Shown here piece by piece: positions 1-8,084 of a stretch of DNA of 64,000 nt. Both the position numbers and the translations under genes were made by a program. The stretch comes from an uncultured Collinsella sp. (GTDB lineage Bacteria > Actinomycetota > Coriobacteriia > Coriobacteriales > Coriobacteriaceae): assembly GCA_902470905.1 (NCBI GenBank), contig CABRIC010000006.1, positions 1,692 through 65,691 on the forward strand, in the 5' to 3' direction. Each line of letters starts with the position of its first letter. Position 1 is the first letter of the stretch. Below the pieces are notes generated by a model. It made no database searches. It saw only the letters and a program-made list of their open reading frames with translations, and was not told the DNA's origin.

Positions 1-2
1 TT

Positions 3-62
3 ATCGGCGGCAACCCGCTCGTCAAGCTGGGCGACCCGCTGCTGGTGGCCAAGACCAAGTAG
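3..62 (+). CDS. 3' end of a CDS truncated by the window edge (product unknown)
   Basis: Frame 3 reads IGGNPLVKLGDPLLVAKTK* with G/C-rich third codon positions like neighbouring genes. Only 19 codons are visible. Confidence 0.3.
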   Translation: MGGNPLVKLGDPLLVAKTK

Positions 63-297
63 CAGACCGCCGTCACATAACGGGTCAACCGCCTGCGCAT
101 CTTTGCCGCATCCGTGTTGTTGTTTTTGTCTTTGCAGAAATCCTAAAACGTTTCCGCACGGGCATATGAGCATCAACGCGGGTGCGGCTTTTGCGTAGCG
201 AAGCATCGCCCCGCGGCATGTTGTTCAACCGCACAAACCCCCTTCCCTTGTCCGCGCAGAGCGCTAGACTGCTAGGTCGACATTGGAGGAAAGAACG

Positions 298-2217
298 ATG
301 CAAAACACACCCTCGGGCGCCGCACACGCAGCGCCTCAACGCAGCCAACGCATCGCCGCGCTCGACGGGCTTCGCGCCCTCGCCATCGCCGGCGTCGTCC
401 TATATCACCTTCGCCCCAGCCGCCTGACTGGCGGTTTTTTGGGCGTTACACTCTTCTTTACGCTGAGTGGCTATCTCGCCACCAAAAGCATTATGCGAGC
501 AACGGCACGCGACGGGTTCTCGTACCCGCGCTATATCGCCCGCCGTACCACGCGCCTTATGCCACCGATTCTTGTAACCATCGCGCTTACCGCCGTGGCC
601 ACCTACATGGCGGCCCCGAGCCTGCTACCTAAGGTGCAGCAGGACACTCTGCCGTCGGCATTGTTCTTGAGCAACTGGTTCTATATCTTTCGCAACGTCT
701 CGTATTTTGCCGCCGCGGGACTTCCCTCGCCGCTCACGCACCTGTGGTTCTGCGGCGTCCAGATGCAGTTCTATCTGGTATGGCCGCTCATCCTTATGGT
801 GCTTTGCAGCAAGACCCGCTCGCGCAACACCGCCATCGGTGTCACGGCCGTGCTCACGCTAGCATCGGCGGCGGCGATGGTCCTCATGTTCGACCCCGCC
901 GCCGACACATCACGTGTCTACTACGGAACCGACGCCCGCGCCGCCGAGCTTTTGTGCGGAGCCCTGGCCGCCATCGCCGCTCCGCGTCTGCGCGAGATAC
1001 TGAGCGGCAACATCCCTGCCCCCGGCGCCAGCAAGGGCGTCTCGAAGGTTAACGTGGTCTCCGTCGCGTGGCTCGCTGCCGTCATAGTCGGCGCGTTCAC
1101 GCTGACCGGAGAGAACCCCCTGCTCTACCGCGGTGGCTTTTTGCTGCTCGCCCTGCTCACGGGGCTCCTTATTATCTGCGTGCAAAACACGGAATGTATC
1201 GTGCGTCGTCTGTTGTCGGTCAAGCCGCTCGTCTGGCTGGGCCAGCGCTCGTTCTCGGTTTATCTGGTGCACTACCCCCTGTTGCTTCTCATGAACCCCG
1301 CAACCCGCACCACCCGCATCGCCTGGTGGGAGCAGGCGCTACAGCTTGTGGTGATCCTTGCGGTGGCCGAGGTCTTCTATCGTCTCGTCGAACGTCCTTG
1401 GTCCCGCAAGCCCGCCCAGCAGGACAGCACGGCAAAGACACGCGTCTTTTCGCCCGCCATGGCACTTCCTGCGCTTGGCGCTGTATGCGTCCTCGCACTC
1501 GCCTTCGCACCGCTCGACTGGACGGGTATCGCCACCGCCCGCGCCGAGCAGCTCCGCCCCGAGCTTGCCCAAAACGCAACCTCGTCCAAGGACAACGGAG
1601 CCGATGACAAGAACACCGAGCCCGCATCTGACCAAGACACTCAACCCAGCGACGCCGCTCAGCAAAAGCCCAAAGAGGGTCCTATCGCCGAAAAGGTCCC
1701 CAAAAACTTGGACTGGAAGAGCTTTACCTACGACGAGGCGACCGGAACCTGCGATGCCCGTGTGCTGATGATCGGAGACTCGGTCACTGCGGGCGCACAG
1801 TCCGGTATTCAGGCGGCGCTTCCCAACGCCTACATCGACGGCGTGGTGAGCCGCCAGTTCTACACCTTCCAGGATGTCTACGCGCAGGACAGCGCCAACT
1901 ACGACCCGAGTGTGGTCATCTGCGCCCTTGGCACCAATGGCCTTATTCGCGACCCGCAGCAGGTGCAGGACGTGATCAATGCCGTGGGTGGCAAGCCCAT
2001 CTACTTTGTGACCGTGCGCGTGCCGCTCGAGCTGCAGGACCGCAACAACCAGACGATCCGCGACGCATGCGCCCAAAACGACAACGCCGGCGTCATCGAC
2101 TGGAACGGCGCCTCCGAGGGCCACAGCGAATACCTCGTCGACGACGGCACGCACCTCACCCAGGCGGGAATCGACACCTATGCAGCCCTCATCCGCCAAG
2201 CCATCTGCGGACACTAG
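298..2217 (+). CDS. Acyltransferase-3 family membrane O-acyltransferase with C-terminal SGNH/GDSL-like domain (OatA/OafA-like)
   Basis: ORF 283-2217, with ATG 298 lying 7 nt after GGAGGA (285-290). The N-terminal ~370 aa is multi-helix hydrophobic with an RIAALDGLRALAI...LYH start typical of acyltransferase_3. A Pro/Asp/Gln-rich linker follows. The C-terminal ~190 aa (VLMIGDSVTAG ... DDGTHLT) resembles an SGNH hydrolase fold. Confidence 0.8.
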   Translation: MQNTPSGAAHAAPQRSQRIAALDGLRALAIAGVVLYHLRPSRLTGGFLGVTLFFTLSGYLATKSIMRATARDGFSYPRYIARRTTRLMPPILVTIALTAVATYMAAPSLLPKVQQDTLPSALFLSNWFYIFRNVSYFAAAGLPSPLTHLWFCGVQMQFYLVWPLILMVLCSKTRSRNTAIGVTAVLTLASAAAMVLMFDPAADTSRVYYGTDARAAELLCGALAAIAAPRLREILSGNIPAPGASKGVSKVNVVSVAWLAAVIVGAFTLTGENPLLYRGGFLLLALLTGLLIICVQNTECIVRRLLSVKPLVWLGQRSFSVYLVHYPLLLLMNPATRTTRIAWWEQALQLVVILAVAEVFYRLVERPWSRKPAQQDSTAKTRVFSPAMALPALGAVCVLALAFAPLDWTGIATARAEQLRPELAQNATSSKDNGADDKNTEPASDQDTQPSDAAQQKPKEGPIAEKVPKNLDWKSFTYDEATGTCDARVLMIGDSVTAGAQSGIQAALPNAYIDGVVSRQFYTFQDVYAQDSANYDPSVVICALGTNGLIRDPQQVQDVINAVGGKPIYFVTVRVPLELQDRNNQTIRDACAQNDNAGVIDWNGASEGHSEYLVDDGTHLTQAGIDTYAALIRQAICGH

Positions 2218-2239
2218 ACAGCGATTGCCCTGCAACAGA

Positions 2240-2275
2240 AAGAGGGGCCGGAATTAGTTCCGACCCCTCTTTTGC
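2240..2275 (+). terminator. Rho-independent terminator after the acyltransferase gene
   Basis: AGAGGGGCCGGAA-ttag-TTCCGACCCCTCT stem followed by TTTT. Confidence 0.7.
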
Positions 2276-2347
2276 ACTCATTTGGTCATTCGATTTCTCT
2301 CGCGCCGCGCAGCGCCCACGCCACGCCCATACATCGGCACCGCCGTT

Positions 2348-2376
2348 TTGCTACGCTCCCGCTCGCGGGTTAGAAT
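2348..2376 (+). promoter_or_regulatory. Candidate sigma-70-type promoter for asnS
   Basis: TTGCTA (2348-2353), 17 nt, TAGAAT (2371-2376), about 45 nt upstream of the proposed asnS start. Confidence 0.45.
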
Positions 2377-2422
2377 GGTTAACTGTTTGGAAATAATCCG
2401 TACAACCGCTCTGGGAGGATAC

Positions 2423-3826
2423 GTGAACCGCACCAAAATCGCGCAGCTCTATGCCGATGCCGAGTCGCTCGGCGGCCAAACCGTCACCGTCGCCGGCTGG
2501 GTCAAGTCCGTCCGCGACATGAAGAACTTTGGCTTCGTTACGCTCAATGACGGCAGTTGCTTCCGCGACCTGCAGGTCGTCATGAACCGCGAGGCGCTCG
2601 ACAACTACGACGAGATCGCCCACCAAAATGTCTCGGCCGCCCTCATCTGCACTGGCACTGTCAAGCTGACGCCCGACGCCCCGCAGCCCTTTGAGCTCTC
2701 CGCCACCGAAATCAAGGTCGAGGGCACGAGCGCTCCGGACTACCCGCTGCAGAAGAAGCGCGCCACCGTCGAGTTCCTGCGCACCCAGCAGCACCTGCGT
2801 CCGCGCACCAACCTGTTCCGAGCCGTGTTCCGCATCCGCTCCGTTGCCGCAGCCGCCATTCACCGCTTCTTCCAGGAGCAGGGCTTTGTCTATGTCAACA
2901 CCCCCATCATCACCACGAGTGACTGCGAGGGCGCCGGCGAGATGTTCCGCGTGACCACGCTCGACCCCAAAAACCCGCCCCTCACCGAGGCCGGTGAGGT
3001 CGACTGGAGCCAGGACTTCTTTGGCAAGCACGCGAGCCTTACCGTATCCGGCCAGCTCAACGCCGAGAACTTCGCCATGGCCTTTGGCGACGTGTACACC
3101 TTTGGCCCCACCTTCCGTGCCGAGAACTCCAACACCACGCGCCATGCCGCCGAGTTTTGGATGATCGAGCCCGAAATGGCCTTCGCCGACCTCAACGACT
3201 ACATGGACAACGCCGAGGCCATGCTCAAGTATGTCCTCAAGGACGTCATGGCAACCTGCCCCGACGAGCTCAATATGCTCAACAAGTTTGTGGACAAGGG
3301 TCTGATCGAGCGCCTGAACCACGTGGCAAACTCCGACTTTGCCCGCGTCACCTATACCGAGGCCGTCGAAATCCTGGAGCAGGCCGTCGCCGCCGGTCAC
3401 AAGTTTGACTATCCCGTCAGCTGGGGCATCGACCTGCAGACCGAGCACGAGCGCTTCCTGACCGAGGAGCACTTTAAGCGCCCGACCTTCGTGACCGACT
3501 ACCCGGCCGAGATCAAGGCCTTCTACATGCGCATGAACGAGGACGGCAAGACCGTCGCCGCCGCCGACTGCTTGGTTCCCGGTATCGGCGAGATTATCGG
3601 CGGCTCCCAGCGCGAAGAGCGCCTGGATCTGCTCGAGGCCCGCATCAAGGACCTGGGCATGAATCCCGAGCAGTACAAGTACTACCTTGACCTGCGCCGC
3701 TACGGTTCCTGCAAGCACGCCGGCTACGGTCTGGGCTTCGAGCGCTTGGTGATGTACCTCACCGGCGTGGGCAACATCCGCGACGTCCTGCCGCACCCGC
3801 GCACCGTGGGCAACGCCGACTTCTAA
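2423..3826 (+). CDS. asnS: Asparagine--tRNA ligase
   Basis: In-frame GTG 2423 behind GGGAGGA (2413-2419) gives 467 aa. N-terminal OB-fold region ([25 protein letters not shown]) and class II motifs ([33 protein letters not shown]) match AsnRS. Confidence 0.9.
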   Translation: MNRTKIAQLYADAESLGGQTVTVAGWVKSVRDMKNFGFVTLNDGSCFRDLQVVMNREALDNYDEIAHQNVSAALICTGTVKLTPDAPQPFELSATEIKVEGTSAPDYPLQKKRATVEFLRTQQHLRPRTNLFRAVFRIRSVAAAAIHRFFQEQGFVYVNTPIITTSDCEGAGEMFRVTTLDPKNPPLTEAGEVDWSQDFFGKHASLTVSGQLNAENFAMAFGDVYTFGPTFRAENSNTTRHAAEFWMIEPEMAFADLNDYMDNAEAMLKYVLKDVMATCPDELNMLNKFVDKGLIERLNHVANSDFARVTYTEAVEILEQAVAAGHKFDYPVSWGIDLQTEHERFLTEEHFKRPTFVTDYPAEIKAFYMRMNEDGKTVAAADCLVPGIGEIIGGSQREERLDLLEARIKDLGMNPEQYKYYLDLRRYGSCKHAGYGLGFERLVMYLTGVGNIRDVLPHPRTVGNADF

Positions 3827-3874
3827 TCGTCGGACGCTAACTCGCATCGCCACGCGCCAACGCTCATCGCACAA

Positions 3875-3909
3875 GCGCCTCTCGACATCGGCCGAGGGGC
3901 GCTTTTTTT
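3875..3909 (+). terminator. Rho-independent terminator after asnS
   Basis: GCGCCTCTCG-acatcggc-CGAGGGGCGC stem followed by TTTTTTT. Confidence 0.8.
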
Positions 3910-4076
3910 CAACAGCATCCGTCAAGCTTTTGGCAAGCTTTTGGTCAGTTGAGCAGGGCTGTTGAAAACTCGACCCGCCGTTTGCCGACGACTACCGACC
4001 GCCCAGAGCGCCCTGCGCCCCTGGGAAAGCCCCACGTCCTAGGCTCCATACCGTCGCCACCCAAAACGGAAAGGAC

Positions 4077-4871
4077 GTGGGCACGATGACCGAAGCCGCT
4101 GTTGAAACCTACGACACCACGACGAGGGGCGCCGCCTCGATGGCAGCCTATCGCGCCGTTCGCATCCTGCAACTATTAAGCGAAAACACCGGCGAGGACA
4201 AAGCCATGCTTTCCGATGAGTTGATTCGGCGCCTCGCCCATCCCGACGACCCCGCCCGCATGCCCATCTCGGCGGCGCGGCGCAGCATCTACACCGCCAT
4301 CTCCGCGCTTCGCCATGCCGGATACGAAATTGAGTACAAACGCGGCGTGGGCTACAAACTTCTTACCCGTCCGCTCACCGACGAAGAGATCATCCGGCTC
4401 CACGGTATGGTCATGCGCAACCGCTCCACGCCTATCGCTATCCGCAAGAGCATGGCGCAGCACTTAGTTGCCATGGCGAGTGCCGACGTTCGCGGCTACC
4501 TCGATACACCCGAACCCGTTCCGAGCGCAGGCAGCAAGGCTACCAAGGCAACACGCACGCCCATCAAGCGTATCGACACGTGCGAGCTCGTCGAGCAGGC
4601 CATCGACCACGGAACCACGGTGAGTTTTGATATTTCGAGCGTCACGACGCGTGGCGAAACCGAAGCAGCACGGATGACACTCCGTCCCTTTGCCATCAAG
4701 CAACGAGACGGCATCTCTTATTTGCTGGGAACGGTCTATGACGCCCGAGGCGCCGATGACACGTTGCGTACCGTAGAGATTGGCCGAATGAGAAACGTCA
4801 CCACACGTCTCCTCGACGGCAAGAAGCTCTTCGCCGCCCTAGACGAGGACGACGCCTCCTCCGCCGCATAA
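4077..4871 (+). CDS. HTH + WYL-domain-like transcriptional regulator (orphan)
   Basis: N-terminal winged-HTH-like segment (AYRAVRILQLLSEN...LSDELIRRL...YTAISALRHAGYEIEY). The C-terminal core RPFAIKQRDGISYLLG...LRTVEIGRMRNV resembles the WYL-domain signature. Start is uncertain (GTG 4077 or ATG 4086). Confidence 0.55.
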   Translation: MGTMTEAAVETYDTTTRGAASMAAYRAVRILQLLSENTGEDKAMLSDELIRRLAHPDDPARMPISAARRSIYTAISALRHAGYEIEYKRGVGYKLLTRPLTDEEIIRLHGMVMRNRSTPIAIRKSMAQHLVAMASADVRGYLDTPEPVPSAGSKATKATRTPIKRIDTCELVEQAIDHGTTVSFDISSVTTRGETEAARMTLRPFAIKQRDGISYLLGTVYDARGADDTLRTVEIGRMRNVTTRLLDGKKLFAALDEDDASSAA

Positions 4872-4940
4872 GACCCTCCGCCGCCCATTCGACTACCCGT
4901 ACCGCCCATCCGATTCTGTATTAAAAAACCCGCCAGGCTG

Positions 4941-4968
4941 TTGTAAAAATGGACATCAGCGCTACTAT
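4941..4968 (+). promoter_or_regulatory. Candidate promoter for the ABC transporter operon
   Basis: TTGTAA (4941-4946), 16 nt, TACTAT (4963-4968). Confidence 0.3.
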
Positions 4969-5031
4969 AGTTCCACTTGCACTTTGTCCCAGTGCAGTGT
5001 TTCCAGCCATTTTTATACTGGGGGTAATGAT

Positions 5032-6012
5032 ATGAAGGACATCACCATCAGCCGCAGGAGCCTTCTGGTCTCCGCTGGCCTGCTCGCGCTCGCCCCGCTC
5101 GCCGGATGCGGCGGCAACTCTGGTTCCGGCTCTGCTGCCGCCGGTTCCGACTACACCATCGGCGTTCTGCAGCTCACCGAGCACTCCGCACTCGATGCCG
5201 CCAACGACGGCTTTGTCAAGGCCATCAAGGAGAGCGGCCTTAAGGTCAAGATCGACCAGAAGAACGCCCAGAACGACCAGTCCACGTGTAAGTCCATTGC
5301 CGACAAGTTTGTGGGCGACAACGTCAACCTGATTTATGCCATCGCCACGCCCGCCGCGCAGGCTGCCGCCGGCGCCACGGCCGATATCCCCATCGTGGGC
5401 TGCGCCATCACCGACTACGCCGCCTCCGGCCTGGTCCAGGACAACGACAAGCCCGGCACCAACGTCACGGGCGCTTCCGACCTCACCCCGGTCGCCGAGC
5501 AGCTCGAGATGATGCAGAAGGTCCTGCCCGACGTTAAAAAGGTCGGCCTGCTCTACTGCACCGCCGAGTCCAACTCCGACGTCCAGATCAAGGCCGCCAA
5601 GAAGGAGCTCGACAAGCTGGGCCTCGAGTACACTGACTTCACCGTCTCGAGCTCCAACGAGATTCAGTCCGTCGTCGAGTCTGCCGTGGGCAAGGTCGAC
5701 GCGCTGTACTCCCCCACCGACAACACCATCGCCGCGGGTGCCTCGCAGGTCGGCCAGATCTGCAAGGAAAACAAGCTTCCCTTCGTGACTGGCGAGGAGG
5801 GTATGTGCATGGCCGGCGGCCTGTTCACCCTCTCCATCAACTATGAGGACCTGGGCTACGCCGCGGGCGAGATGGCCGTTAAGATCCTGAAGGGCGAGGC
5901 CAAGCCCGAGGATATGCCGATCAAGCACCTCTCGAGCAAGGACCTGGTCGTCGTCAAGAACGACGAAATGGCCGAGGCCCTGGGCATTGACCTTTCCGCC
6001 CTGGACGCGTAA
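5032..6012 (+). CDS. ABC transporter substrate-binding lipoprotein (ABC_sub_bind / uncharacterised-substrate family)
   Basis: ATG 5032 after a GGGGG run. Signal peptide plus lipobox (LLALAPLAGCGG). The mature part (IGVLQLTEHSALD...IYAIATPAAQAA...GASDL) resembles the PF04392-type binding protein that pairs with the following permease and ATPase. Confidence 0.8.
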   Translation: MKDITISRRSLLVSAGLLALAPLAGCGGNSGSGSAAAGSDYTIGVLQLTEHSALDAANDGFVKAIKESGLKVKIDQKNAQNDQSTCKSIADKFVGDNVNLIYAIATPAAQAAAGATADIPIVGCAITDYAASGLVQDNDKPGTNVTGASDLTPVAEQLEMMQKVLPDVKKVGLLYCTAESNSDVQIKAAKKELDKLGLEYTDFTVSSSNEIQSVVESAVGKVDALYSPTDNTIAAGASQVGQICKENKLPFVTGEEGMCMAGGLFTLSINYEDLGYAAGEMAVKILKGEAKPEDMPIKHLSSKDLVVVKNDEMAEALGIDLSALDA

Positions 6013-6082
6013 TGCCATACGCGGCATGCGTCTAGAGCCCGTGCTCGCGCTTTAGCCGCGTTATTCAATATCTGAGCCACAG

Positions 6083-6120
6083 GGGCGGGCGCTGTAGACC
6101 GGCGTCCGCCCTGCTTGTTT
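6083..6120 (+). terminator. Intra-operon stem-loop / partial terminator after the binding-protein gene
   Basis: GGGCGGGCGC-tgtagaccg-GCGTCCGCCC stem followed by TGCTTGTTT. This is a typical attenuating hairpin between SBP and permease genes. Confidence 0.5.
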
Positions 6121-6215
6121 CAGGTAAAACAAAACGTCTGTCCGTAACTCTTCTATGCATTGTTACCGCTATTATGGTGAATCACGTGTCCACCCTATCC
6201 TAGGAGGTATGAAGC

Positions 6216-7139
6216 ATGCTCATTGCATTGCAGGGCGCCGTTTCGCAGGGCGTCCTCTGGGGCATTATGGTGCTTGGCGTGTTTATCACGTTCCGCCTGC
6301 TCGACATTCCCGATATGACCTGCGACGGCAGCTTTGCCCTCGGCGGCTGCGTCTGCGCCGTGCTCATCGTCAATAACAACGTCGACCCGCTGTTCGCCGT
6401 GCTGGCCGGCATGTGCGCCGGCGCCATCGCGGGCGCCGTCACGGGCATTCTGACCACCGTCTTCGAGATTCCCGCGATCCTCGCCGGAATCCTCACCCAG
6501 ATCAGCCTGTGGTCCATCAACCTGCGCATCATGGGCAAGTCCAATACGCCCATTCTTGCCAAGGGCACCGTGTTCTCGGCCGTCAGCAATATGACCGGTC
6601 TGCCGCAGTCCACCGTTGCCATCATCTTGGGCATCCTGCTCGCCGTGGCTATCGTTGCCATCCTGTATTGGTTCTTTGGCACCGAGATCGGCTCGGCGCT
6701 GCGCGCCACCGGCAACAACGAGTACATGATCCGCGCTCTGGGCGTCAACACCAACTCCACCAAGATGATCGCCCTCGTGCTCTCCAACGCCCTCATCGGC
6801 CTTTCGGGTGCGCTCATCTGCCAGAGCCAAAAGTATGCCGACATTGGTATGGGCACCGGTGCCATCGTTATCGGTCTTGCCGCCATTGTTATCGGTGAGG
6901 TGCTCGGCCGTCTGCTGCCCGGCGGCCTCACGCAGTTTAGCGTCCGTCTTGCCTCTGCCGTCTTTGGCTCCGTGGTGTACTTCCTCATCCGAGCCATCGT
7001 GCTGCAGCTGGGCATGGACGCCAACGACATGAAGCTGCTCTCCGCCGTAATCGTCGCTGTGGCCCTGTGCGTGCCCGTGGTCTGGGAGCGCTATAAGCTC
7101 CGCAGCTCCTACACGAAGGGGGATGAGGCAGATGCTTAA
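6216..7139 (+). CDS. ABC transporter permease (branched-chain-type BPD_transp_2 fold)
   Basis: 307 aa, about 9 hydrophobic helices, RBS AGGAGG upstream. Lies between the SBP and ATPase genes and overlaps the ATPase start. Confidence 0.85.
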   Translation: MLIALQGAVSQGVLWGIMVLGVFITFRLLDIPDMTCDGSFALGGCVCAVLIVNNNVDPLFAVLAGMCAGAIAGAVTGILTTVFEIPAILAGILTQISLWSINLRIMGKSNTPILAKGTVFSAVSNMTGLPQSTVAIILGILLAVAIVAILYWFFGTEIGSALRATGNNEYMIRALGVNTNSTKMIALVLSNALIGLSGALICQSQKYADIGMGTGAIVIGLAAIVIGEVLGRLLPGGLTQFSVRLASAVFGSVVYFLIRAIVLQLGMDANDMKLLSAVIVAVALCVPVVWERYKLRSSYTKGDEADA

Positions 7140-7926
7140 GCTCTCGCACGTCAAGAAGACCTTTAACAAGGGCACCGTCACCGAGAAGCGCGCGCTCACC
7201 GGCGTCGACCTCACCCTGAATGACGGCGACTTTGTAACCGTGATCGGCGGCAACGGCGCCGGCAAGTCCACGCTGCTCAACATGATCGCCGGCGTGTACC
7301 CGCTCGATTCGGGCGTTATTGAGCTCGACGGCACCGACATCTCGCGCCTGAGCGAGTCGCAGCGCGCCAAGTACCTGGGCCGCGTGTTTCAGGACCCCAT
7401 GCGCGGTACCGCTGCCGACATGCAGATCGCCGAGAACCTGGCCCTCGCCAAACGTCGCGGCCAGCGTCGCGGCCTTTCGTGGGGCGTCACCAAGGCCGAG
7501 AAAGATGAGTATGTTGAGCTGCTCAAGCGCCTGGACCTTGGTCTTGACACGCGTCTCAACGCCAAGGTCGGCCTGCTCTCGGGCGGCCAGCGCCAGGCAC
7601 TCACCCTGCTAATGGCCACGCTCACCAGGCCGCGCCTGCTGCTGCTCGACGAGCACACGGCGGCCCTCGACCCCAAGACGGCCTCTAAGGTGCTCAACCT
7701 GACCGAGGAGATCGTCGACGAGAACCACCTGACCACGCTCATGGTCACGCACAACATGAACGACGCCATCCGTCTGGGCAACCGTCTGATCATGATGCAC
7801 GAGGGCCATGTGATCTACGACGTGGCGGGCGATGAGAAGAAGTCGCTCACCGTCGCCGACCTACTGCAGAAGTTCGAGGAGGTCTCGGGCGGCGAGCTTG
7901 CCAACGACCGCATGCTGCTGAGCTAA
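7132..7926 (+). CDS. ABC transporter ATP-binding protein
   Basis: Walker A GGNGAGKST, signature LSGGQRQ, Walker B LLLLDEHT. ATG 7132 is preferred (GAAGGGGG 9 nt upstream); the alternative is ATG 7123. Confidence 0.9.
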   Translation: MLKLSHVKKTFNKGTVTEKRALTGVDLTLNDGDFVTVIGGNGAGKSTLLNMIAGVYPLDSGVIELDGTDISRLSESQRAKYLGRVFQDPMRGTAADMQIAENLALAKRRGQRRGLSWGVTKAEKDEYVELLKRLDLGLDTRLNAKVGLLSGGQRQALTLLMATLTRPRLLLLDEHTAALDPKTASKVLNLTEEIVDENHLTTLMVTHNMNDAIRLGNRLIMMHEGHVIYDVAGDEKKSLTVADLLQKFEEVSGGELANDRMLLS

Positions 7927-7964
7927 AACCTGCCAAAAAGGGACAGGTTTATTTTGGTAGGTTT
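7927..7964. repeat. Terminator hairpin; exact 38-nt inverted copy of 47330-47367
   Basis: AACCTGCCAAAAAGGGACAGGTTTATTTTGGTAGGTTT lies directly after the stop codon. Its reverse complement occurs verbatim directly after the rph stop. Confidence 0.85.
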
Positions 7965-7984
7965 TATCTGCGCAAACGTCAAAA

Positions 7985-8020
7985 CCGCCGCAAAGGGACA
8001 GACGCCCTTGCGGCGGTTTT
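7985..8020 (+). terminator. Second rho-independent terminator after the ABC operon
   Basis: CCGCCGCAAAGGG-acagacg-CCCTTGCGGCGG stem followed by TTTT. Confidence 0.75.
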
Positions 8021-8084
8021 CGCATATTATGTCGATAATCCGATATTCAACCAGACATTCTGGCTAAGGACTAAGGAAACTGCC

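Noticed and set aside
2276-2422. Looked for T-box leaders upstream of asnS, and likewise upstream of cysS and lysS.
   Set aside because: The asnS upstream region is only ~150 nt and lacks a T-box sequence (AGGGTGGTACCGCG-like) or a terminator/antiterminator pair. cysS and lysS directly follow other genes with gaps under 80 nt.
2351-3925. 524-aa ORF antisense to asnS. The same pattern occurs at 910-2235 opposite the acyltransferase gene, 6195-7370 opposite the ABC permease, and 8109-9494 opposite the 5'-nucleotidase.
   Set aside because: These are shadow ORFs typical of high-GC DNA. Their composition is dominated by G/A/R/V/L/D with no recognisable motifs. The opposite strand encodes proteins with unambiguous family signatures and proper RBS and start context.
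3923-3944. Tandem duplication CAAGCTTTTGG x2 downstream of the asnS terminator.
   Set aside because: It consists of only two 11-nt copies in a non-coding gap. That is too short to interpret, and slippage is the likely cause.
4984-5031. Upstream start of the ABC binding-protein ORF as given in the ORF track (MSQCSVSSHFYTGGND...).
   Set aside because: The extension has no RBS and would bury the signal peptide. ATG 5032 follows a G-rich RBS and yields a canonical lipoprotein signal (…LAGC).
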